From Sphyrna mokarran (taxonomy: Eukaryota), in the NCBI GenBank assembly GCA_024679065.1, contig JAGIQG010000009.1, positions 89,590,001-89,654,000 on the forward strand: a DNA stretch of 64,000 bases. Reading direction: 5' to 3'. The position numbers and the translations under genes are program-made. This document shows positions 55,126-64,000 of this stretch, piece after piece. Below the pieces are notes generated by a model. It was given only the letters and a program-made list of their open reading frames with translations, did not search any database and was not told the origin of the DNA. Each line of letters starts with the position of its first letter. The first letter of the stretch is position 1.

Positions 55126-56495
55126 TTCTTTCTTTGGACTCATGGTGAACAATCATTGAAACAACGATATGATGATATCAACAAGTTCCATCCCACCATC
55201 AGACTCATCATGGACTATTCTCCTGAATCGGTTGCATTCTTGGACATATGCATCTCCATCAAGGATTGTCACCTCAGCACCTCACTGTACCACAAGCCCA
55301 CAGACAACCTCACAATGTTCCATTTCTCCAGCTTCCACCCTAAACATGTTAAAGAAGCCATCCCCTATGGACAAGCTCTCCGTATACACAGAATTTGCTC
55401 AGATAAGGAGGATTGTGACAGACACCTTCAGACGCTGAAAGATGACCTCATGAGAACAGGATATGGTGCTCGACTCATCGATCGACAATTCCGATGCGCC
55501 ACAGCGATAAACCGCAACGACTTCAAAAATCAAATACGGGACATGGTGGACAGAGTACCCTTCATTGTCCAGTACTTGCCCGGAGCAGAGAAGCTACGAC
55601 ATCTTCTCCAGAGTCTCCAACACATCATTGATGGAGATGAAAATCTCGCCAGGGTCACCCCCCCCCCACTTCTTGCCTTCAGACAACTATGCAACCTCAA
55701 ACAGACCATTGTTCTCAGCAAACTACCCAACCTTCAGGAGAACAGTGACCACAATACCACACAACCCTGCCACAGCAACCTCTGCATGACATGCCGGATC
55801 ATCGACATGGGATGACATCATCACACGTGAGAATACCATCCACCAGGTACACGGTACATACTCTTGCACTCGGCCAACGTTGTCTATCTAATACATTGCA
55901 AGAAAGGATGTCCCGAAGCATGGTACATTGGGGAGACCACGAGGACACTACAACAGCGGATGAATGAACATCGCTCGACAATCACCAGGCAAGACCGTTC
56001 CCTTCCTATTGGCGAACACTTCAGCGGTCATAGGCATTCGGCCTCCGACCTTTGGGTAAGCATTCTCCAAGGTGGCCTTCACGACACACGACAGCACAGA
56101 GTCGCTGAACACAGACTGATAGCCAAGTTCTGCACATATGAGGACAGTCTCAACAGGGATTTGGGTTCATGTCACACTATCTGTAACCCCCATGACTTGC
56201 CTGGGTTTGCAAAACCTCACTTACTATACAGTCTGGAGACAATACAATCTCTTTAACCTGTGCTCAGTGCTCCTTCCACTCACATTGTTAGCCACTTTAA
56301 GACTTGAATAGCAGGTTAGGTGTAAAGATTCGCATTCTAATCAGTAATCTGTAAACAGTCTGTGCTGTTACATGTGCTCTCTGAGACCAGAACACCTCAT
56401 TCACCTGATGAAGAGGTCGAAACACCTCAAAAGCTTGTGAGTTTACAATCAAATAAATTGGTTGGACTTAAACTTGGTGTTGTCAGACTTCTTAC
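55126..56495 (+). mobile_element. 5'-truncated, decayed Penelope-like copy inserted in env, with hammerhead-like motif at 56399-56442
   Basis: Homologous to 48175-49550 (FFLWTHGEQSLKQ..YIGET); AUUCAC-CUGAUGA-A-GAGGU..ACCUC-AAAA-GCU-U-GUGAGU (G12 lost). Confidence 0.9.
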
Positions 56496-56905
56496 TATGT
56501 GGATCTGTAGCCACACAGATAAGGAGTACATATTGGAATACATCCTACAGTTCTCAGAATATGGTGCAGCCGGCACGCACAACACCTCGGATGTATTAAA
56601 CATTATTTCATGGAATTGTTAATAGGTGGTGTGCCCCTGGAAGACGACACTCGTCACCAAGGTCGCAGTGAGGATCGTCCTCCAGACAGTCAGCATTATC
56701 CTGGAGAAGGGGTGGGGAGGGTACACAAAGCACGATGGCTGCCAGATATTAGGATCTCAGTATTAACTATATTTTAACTAACTTACTTAAGCATGCACAG
56801 ACATCTATATACATTTATCAGAGCCATGATTGACATGTGGCTCTCCTCCGTGCTGGAAATGAAGGTTGTTAGCTCGACTTCCGCTGTGTAGATAAAGGTG
56901 GTTAA

Positions 56906-59218
56906 TTAGGGGTCGATGTGTGGCCTGTTTTGTATTGTCGAATTATCTGTCTGTCCTGTTCCCCCCCCCCCCAAACCCCTGGGGTGGTATGTCTTTAACT
57001 GTGACCAGTGTTTCCAGCAGCCTTTGCCTTCGACATCAACACAGGTACATGTGTGGCTGGTGAGGATAATCTCATGGGATCCTATCCATTCTCGTAAAAA
57101 TCCTGTTTGGTCGGGAGCAACTCGGATTAGGACTTTGTCGCCTTCTCGGGTGTGACTGATATCCTGCACTTTGGTAGTGTGACTGATATCCTGCTTCCTA
57201 GCCTGGTCCCTTATAGCTTGTTGGTCTCTGGCCGCATGGTGTAGCTCTCTGAGTTGGTGGTCTAACTGTTGCACATACCTTTTCGTTTTATCCCGAAGGG
57301 GTGCTATCTCTTCTCCTCCGACAGCTATGTTTTCTGGGAGCCTCATTGCCCTCCCCATCGTTAGTTTGAATAGTGTAAGTCCTATGGTGTGACCTGGGGT
57401 GGCCTGTAGGCGCATCAAGATGCAGGGAAAGACATCTACTCACCCCTGACCCCTGTCTCGGCGATTGACTTTGCAATCGCATTTTTAAGTGTGTGGTTCA
57501 TTCGCTCGACCATTCCAGAACTCTGGGGGCGGTATGGGATATGGAATCGCTGTCGGATTCCCAGGGTTTTGCAAGCTTGTTTCATTATTTTGCCTGCAAA
57601 GTGTGTCTCCGGGTTAGAGTCCAGTTGTAGTGGGACTCCCCATCTCAGGATGCTCTCGTATGCTAAGATGCGGTCTACATAGGTGGCTTCGCAATCCCGA
57701 GTTGGGAATGCTTCTACCCACCGGGTGAATTGATCAATTAAGACTAAACAATATTTCTTCCCTCGTCTAGTGGGTAGAAGGTCTATGAAGTCGATCTGGA
57801 TGTTTTCCCAGGGTCCCTTTTGTCTGGGTTGGTGGGCCAGTTTGACTTTCAGGGGTCAGCCAGAGTTGTGTTGGGCATGTATGATACAATGCTGGCAGTG
57901 TTTGGCCACATCCCGGCCCATTCCTGGCCACCAACAATTGCCTGACAGTCAGGCCAGGGTCCTATCCCAAGCAGCGTGGTCTGGCTTTTGGTGGAGTTGG
58001 AGTAGTTCGGTGTGTATAAATGAGGAGGCGGCTTCTTGGTGCCCTCTGCGCCACACTCCATCTTTGTCCCTGGACGCCCCTGCCTGTTCCCACTGTGACG
58101 TTGTGGTAGCTGTTATGTGTGGGAGGGCTTCCCCAGCTGCAGCCTTGGTGGCAGTGTCTGCTAATTGATTCTCCTTCTGTTCTGCAGTCCTCACCCTCTG
58201 CTGAGCTTTTATCTTAATTATGGCTGTTTCTGAGGGCAGCCTGGCTGTTGCTACCAGGTCTTGGATTATATTCTTTTGCTTTATGCAGCCCCCTCCGCGG
58301 TGATGAACCCGTGCCTTTTCCAGGCCACCATGTAATCGTGGACCACCCTGATCGCATATTGGCTATCGGTATACATGTTTACTCATTTTTCCCTTCCCAC
58401 TTTTAGGGCTTCTGTGAGGACTATGAGTTTGGCCACTTGGGCGGAGGTATCCCCATCATGGTGTCCTTTGCTATCAGTGTCCCCTCTTGGTCTACTACTG
58501 CCCAGCCTGTACAGTAATGTCCCTCTACTTGTCTTCGGGACCCGTCTATATACAGTGTGAGGTCGGGGTTATCTAGAGGTTGGTCATTAATCCCTTCCTC
58601 TGGGTTAATCGGGCAGCGGTGCGGACTTCCCTCTGAAAGGAGTCCCTCTGCCAGGTTCTTCCTGGTCTCCCGCACTATCTGGACCGACTGATCCTAGGGG
58701 AGGAGCACCGCTTCCCAATTGGCTGTTTGGGCGTCCGAAACAGTCCGGAGTCGGCATGTATTCAGGAGCTCGACAATAGTGTGTTTTGTGTGTAAAATGA
58801 TTTGTTCTGACAGTGATTGGTTCGCATATGCTGACTGCCCAGGGGGCGCAATCTGGAGTCGTCACACACTTGTGCAGTCCCTTGACTACCGGGGACTGTT
58901 GGGTGGAGTAATATGTTATCAGCCGCATGGTAACCCCCGTATTCTTGGGTTACCATGGAGCTATAAAATCCCTCTTCTGAGTCATAAAAGAGGTGGAACG
59001 GTTTAGTTATGTTAGGCAGGCATAGGGCTGGGACTGCTAATAGTTCTGATTTTAAGTGGGTGTATGTTGCCTCTTGTTCGGGTCCCCACTCAGTCATTTC
59101 TGTCCCTGGCTTTCCCCACTTTGACCAGCCGCTGAATTGGTTCGGCAAGGGATGTGAACTGGTCAATGAAATTCCAGCAGTAGTTAAAGAGTCCCATAAC
59201 TCTGTGCACCCCTTTGAA
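56906..59218 (-). pseudogene. ERV pol remnant: RT thumb, connection, RNase H, integrase (protease and RT core deleted)
   Basis: VMGLFNYCWNFID, EWGPEQEA..PALCLPNITKPFHLF, LYIDGSR, MYTDSQYA, ENQLADTATKAAA, GPWENIQIDFI..LIDQFTRWVEAFPT, HIPYRPQSSGMVERMNHTLK. Confidence 0.88.
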
Positions 59219-59914
59219 GTTAAACCAAAGTGTAAAGCATCGTGTAATAAATACTCCACAAAACAAACAGACTTTTAATTGCTCTTAACTTAATGCAACA
59301 ACAATCACATTCGATAAGCAACCAGACCACACAAACACATTGAAATACAAAACTACTCAAATTATTAACTCAACCTTAGATTTCTCTAATCAATTTTCCA
59401 TCTTGCCAATTAATTTATAATATTTTCCTGGTAAGTTGAGAAAATATAATTCCTTTCTCTCAAAATTCTGTAACACACTGCAAACTTCTTCCTTTTTTTA
59501 AAAAAAGGACCACTTGTGTGATTATATACAGTGTTAAGATTCTTTAAAACATTCATTCCCTCCCAATCAACAATATCTCCTGGTAATTCCATGTCTTCCT
59601 TGCAACTAATAGTCACTGAATTCATTAGACCAGAGGCAAATTCTAAACTTACTGTGGGATCAGATGCCTCTGGAAAAAGAAGTGGGGGGGGTGGGGGGGG
59701 TCCCCAGTCAATGCCACAACCCAATCCATAAACACTATTTCCCTCAGACTCAACTGTCCCAAACCAGACAACATCTTTATCTGCATGACAACTTGAGAAT
59801 TTACTTGATTAATCTCCTGCTAGAACTTGAAGTAATCAGAACTTGGATTCTTTTCACTAACTTGATATACTTTAAACTGACTCATTATGTCCAAATTTGC
59901 CACAATTCAAGCAT

Positions 59915-60730
59915 GCACGGGCGGGATGGGAGCTGAACTTGGCAGTCTTTTATAACGCAGGTTTCCCATACCTGTAGCAGCTTTGGATCTTGCTTTGTTG
60001 GTCGTCTACAGTAATAGCCCAGTTCTCTAGCTCGTCAAAGGTGTTAAAGTTCACCAACCCGGTCTTTAGAACGCTTGGTTTGCTGGGTTGGAGGATCGGG
60101 AGTTTGTCTAGCAGTTTCGTTGTGTCCCCCGAAGTCAGAGATACATAGGTTATTTTTATCCGAGCCTGGGCAGATCATCCTCGCCGACTCCCCCTTGCTC
60201 CCTGGGGACACACTCATTTTGATGGGAGCTGCCATGGGACTGGGCGGGGGCGGGGAGGGGGGAGGTGATGGTGCGGGGGTGGTGGGGCTTGGATGTCGGT
60301 GGTGAATGGGATGCTCCCCCCTGTCAGGCATAGTGGACCCGTCTCATCCACTGGACATTCCCAATTGGAGCACTCGGAGGTTCGTGTGAGAAGTCAGATA
60401 GCACTGGCAGCACGGAGTTAGGGCCATCACAGCGGCATGTTGTCACTACGTGACTTGTTCCTGCTTGCCTTGTACGTACTTGTGAACTTGTCCTGCAAGG
60501 GTGACATGAGTCTTTAATATTAAGATCCAGGCCTTATCGTCCTTGTTCCTTTTCTCCTTTGCCCACCACTCCTGCTGTGTTTCAAGCGGGTCATGGGGCT
60601 TTCACTCTGCCTTCATCATGTTTTTAATTGGATTCTTGTTTTTATCTGCTAGATGGTGGGTAAGGGACCCTTCTGGTTCCCATTCGAAGGTGGTAATATT
60701 GCTATCTATGTCTGGTTTCTTAACTAGGAC
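59915..60730 (-). pseudogene. ERV gag remnant with Pro-rich stretch and degenerate zinc knuckle
   Basis: PAPSPPPSPPPPSP; ITYVSLTSGDTTKLLDKLP; CYRYGKP..KDC near 59940-59985; much shorter than a full gag. Confidence 0.6.
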
Positions 60731-61652
60731 CAGTGGTACACTAATCCTGCTCTAATGCTTTCACAGATACTTGTGTGTGTATCTGATTGGGTTACGATTT
60801 TGTGTATGTTTAAACCTTCAGTGGCAACACGCAGAACCCAGCCTATGTGTAGCGGGGAGATTACCGCTCTCAGAGGCAGGTGATCTCTGTACAGCCTCTC
60901 CGCAGAGGCTGCAGCATACGGAGTGACTATCGACTACAGGGGCCGGGGCCTCTTCTCCTAACCACTCTTAGCGCTAAGTCGACTTTCAGAGGGCAGCCGT
61001 TTCCCTATCTCCTTGGGAGTCACCTGGATCTGGGTGCGGACTGGCGAGTAGTAGACCGCGGGTCAGAATCCCCCCAGTGTGTAGTCGTTTTCTTGCGCTA
61101 CCAGAGATCTCCTGCTTGTAGTGTTTGAGGCACTCACAGAGGCTCCAGACTTAGTAGCGCCTGGACATGTAGCAAACTCCTCGTGGAATTTGCCCCCAGT
61201 GGCCCGATCTTTCGCTCCTGCAGAGGTCCTTCCCGACTTGCAGCGCCCGGACTTCTACTGAACTCCGAGAGTCCGATCCCAGTGGCCGGAAATCTTGGAT
61301 GTCCTCCTTAACCACTATTCCCAGGGTGATGTCCCTACTCTATAACTGCTAGCATGTATTCTGTTGAGTTCCCAGTGGGCAGTCAGTCTGTGGTCGGGCT
61401 TGTTGTCGGGGGCCAGCGGAATGTAAAAATAACACAATCAATCACAGTTCAAGATCCCAGTCCCCCGCCCAAAAGGAAACTTAAACCCACTTTACTGCTG
61501 TACAGCTATTGAACAGACCCTGTTCACAAGTTCAGATCGCGGCAGCCATCAAACACAGCTCTGACACTGGGATACTGGTATTCCACGGATTTGATGAAAT
61601 CAGTAAAGATATTCACCCAGTGCCAGGAGACGGCGTTCCAGTGACGGTGGCG

Positions 61653-61670
61653 ATCCTGGACAAGCCCCCA
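61653..61670 (-). promoter_or_regulatory. Primer-binding site, tRNA-Pro type
   Basis: TGGGGGCTTGTCCAGGAT versus canonical tRNA-Pro PBS TGGGGGCTCGTCCGGGAT (16/18, both mismatches CpG transitions), 2 nt from the 5' LTR. Confidence 0.9.
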
Positions 61671-61672
61671 AT

Positions 61673-62306
61673 TGCTAGTGCGAGTGGGTGGACACGACCA
61701 CTACGGACTCAGGGTCAACAGCGATACAGCTTTATTTTAACGTCGATGGAGGTGCAGTCAGGATATACGAACTGAACTGTCCCGAAAGCACTCTAAAGGC
61801 CTCCGCAATGGGCTACAGTTGTACTCAAACTTCGACACATTGTATGATTCAAATGTTAATGTTTTGTTTACAGTATTTGACTCTGACCATTCTGTTTTGA
61901 TGTTTTCAAGTTTTAAATATGGTAATCGTTTCTGTCTGATGGGTTTATCAATGGTTTAGAATCTCTGGAGTTTCTTGAACAATGGGTGTTTGGCTGATCT
62001 CAGGAAGTTTGTGAGGCCAGGAAGGCTTCCTTAGTTATGTTAATCCTTAGGTGTCTCCACAGAGATTTACTTGATTAGGTCAGAGGTGCTGATTTGATTA
62101 GATGGGGGTTTACTTTTAATTTAGTTTCTGTTGGTGCCATCCTGTCCGGTTCCCTTTGTGTGTTAGCCCTTGTTTGCATTTTAAAAACATGTCTTTTGCC
62201 TTCTTGTCTGGATCTGTTGTGATCTTTAGTGGGGAGGTTCTGAGTGCAGCTTTAGTCTGCTTCCATATTGTGTACCCAATTTCAGAAAATTTGTTGTCCG
62301 ATAACA
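61673..62306 (-). repeat. ERV 5' LTR (634 bp)
   Basis: TG...CA termini; collinear with the 3' LTR. Confidence 0.92.
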
Positions 62307-63390
62307 CCTCGTTCTCTCCCACCTCCTTGTTGCCCCCTTTCCCCTCATCTCACTCCCTCGTTTCCCTCTCTTCCCCCACACCTCGTTCCCCCCTCTCCCC
62401 CCACCCACTCGTTCCCCCCTCTCCTCCCACCTCCTCATTCCCCCCTCTCCCCCCACCCCCTCATCCCCCCTCTCCCCCACCCCCTCGTTCCCCCCTTCTC
62501 CCCCTCTCCCCCACCCCCTTGTTCCCCCTCTCCCCCCACACCCTCATTCTCCCTCACACTTTCGTTCTCCCCCCTCACCCCCTCATTCCCCCCAGCCCAC
62601 ATTTCCCCCCTCACCCCTTCGTTCCCCACCCCCTAGTACACCCCCTCAATCCCTCATACTCCCCATCACCCCCTCGTATCCCCTCAAATGCCCTCATCCC
62701 CTCGTTCCTCTGCATTACCTCACCCCTCGTTCCCCCCTCAGCTCCCCTCGTTCCCTCCTCAGCCCCTTCACCCCCCATTACACCCTCACCCTTCCATTCC
62801 CCCCTCAAGCCCTCACTGCCTTCTTTCCCCCATCCCCTTGTTCCCCCCTCTTCCTTCACCCCCTCATACCACCCTCTCCCCTCACCTCCTTGTTTCTCCC
62901 TCTTCTCTCTCCCTCTCCCTCTCGTTTCCCCTCTCCCCTTGTTCCCTCCCTCCCCGTCCTCCCCTCTCCCCTCGTTCCCTCCCTCTCCCCCCTTCCCCTT
63001 GTTCCCTCCTCTCCCCTCTCCCCCTCATTTGCCGCTCTCCTCTCTCCTCCTCTTCGCTCGTTCTCCCTCCCCTCTCCCCCCTTCTCCTCCTCTCGTTTCA
63101 CCCTTCCGCTCTCCTCTCCCCTTGTTCCCCTCTCCCTGTTTGTTCCCCCCCCCTCTCCCCTGTCCCTGTTCCCCCTCTCCCCCTCCCCCTCCCCTCTCCT
63201 TCTCCTCTCCCCTTGTTCCCCCTCCCCTCTCCTCTGTGTTCCCCTCTCCCCTTGTTCCCTCTCTCCCCTCCTCTTTTCCCTTGTTCCCCCTCTCCCCTCT
63301 CCTTTCCCTTTGTTCATCCCTCTCCCCCTCCCCTCCTCTCATTGCCCCCTCTCTCCTCCCCTCTCTTCCCCTCCCCTCTCCAATTCCCAT
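62307..63390. repeat. Polypyrimidine C-rich low-complexity tract (right part)
   Basis: Direct reading; the G-rich minus strand has many G-runs. Confidence 0.9.
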
Positions 63391-64000
63391 CCCTAGCAAC
63401 GTAAAGCGTGAGCCTCACATCCATTTTGTTTTGCACAACGTTTGATGAACTGAAAAAAAAAGTTGGTTGTGCAGCTTGTGAGCTGCATGCTAGTTTTGTC
63501 TATCTGCAGCAGAGCTTTGTCCTTCTTCATTTGGTTTTACTGTTGGCCAGGTCTGTCTCTGGTGAAGTTTAACTACTTTCAGTTCTATAACTCTGTTACC
63601 TGCTTAGAAGACGCTTCACCTTTTCATTTCAGTGCCTCCTCTTTTCATAGTCATGGACTCATACAGCATAGAAATAAGCCCTTCAGCCCATTATGTCTAT
63701 GCCAACCATCAAATACCAATTAATATTTGTCCCATTTACCAGCATTTGGTCCATCACCTACTATGTCTTGGAGATTTAAGTGCTTGTCCAGTTGCTGCTT
63801 AAATGTTATGACAGTACTCGCCTCTACCACTCTCAAGCAGCAAGTTCCAAATTTCCATCATCCTCTGGGTGAAAAACATTTTCCTCAGATTTCCTTTAAA
63901 CTACTGATTCCTCACCACAAACCTATGACCTACTGTGATTTAGATTCTTATGAGCTACTATGCCTCTCATAATTTTGTATACCTATATTATATCCTCCCT

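Larger units (their letters stand above)
53740..56696 (-). pseudogene. ERV env remnant (class I fusion protein with long TM ectodomain)
   Basis: Splice acceptor ending at 56701, then signal peptide MLTVWRTILTATLVTSVVF; NKR|AIVNDVLTGINTGSTMLNSI at ~55035; heptad repeat; Cys cluster; Trp-rich membrane-proximal region; TM VTIQLILAISWGIVTC (~53767-53814); many stops and frameshifts. Confidence 0.75.
51660..62306 (-). mobile_element. Defective endogenous retrovirus (provirus)
   Basis: Two TG...CA LTRs, TSD CCTC (51656-51659 and 62307-62310), PBS, PPT and gag-pol-env remnants in order. Confidence 0.93.

Noticed and set aside
54943-55815. 290-aa ORF with VCVCVC N-terminus as a novel gene
   Set aside because: Chance fusion of antisense env, a (TG)n repeat and a Penelope fragment
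62156-63445. 429-aa Pro-rich ORF and overlapping Gly/Glu/Arg-rich ORFs (also 51130-51809 and 42091-42607)
   Set aside because: Artefacts of stop-poor low-complexity C/T tracts

Overview
Vertebrate genomic DNA, very probably a cartilaginous fish (shark), judged from the HE1-type and Deu-type SINEs, abundant CR1 and the shark-like MHC class I. The left half (1-28 kb) is a cluster of three KRAB-less C2H2 zinc-finger paralogues, one apparently intact and two decayed, built by inverted segmental duplication around a CpG/ZNF143 promoter. The middle holds a complete 7-exon MHC class I heavy-chain gene on the minus strand (44546->35126, about 350 aa). It keeps all peptide-anchoring residues but has an atypical alpha3 domain. 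About 290 bp upstream of its ATG, two Penelope-like retroelements have inserted at the same 13-bp target. One is a 4.4-kb near-intact RT/GIY-YIG element with 1.26-kb inverted arms; the other is a 257-bp hairpin mini-element. The Penelope copies carry minimal type I hammerhead ribozymes with covarying stems. The right end is a 10.6-kb defective endogenous retrovirus (two LTRs, 4-bp TSD, tRNA-Pro PBS, gag zinc knuckle, RNase H, integrase). Its decayed env has paramyxo/pneumovirus-F / foamy-like architecture rather than a gamma-type TM. All translations and alignments were done by eye, and no database searches were run.
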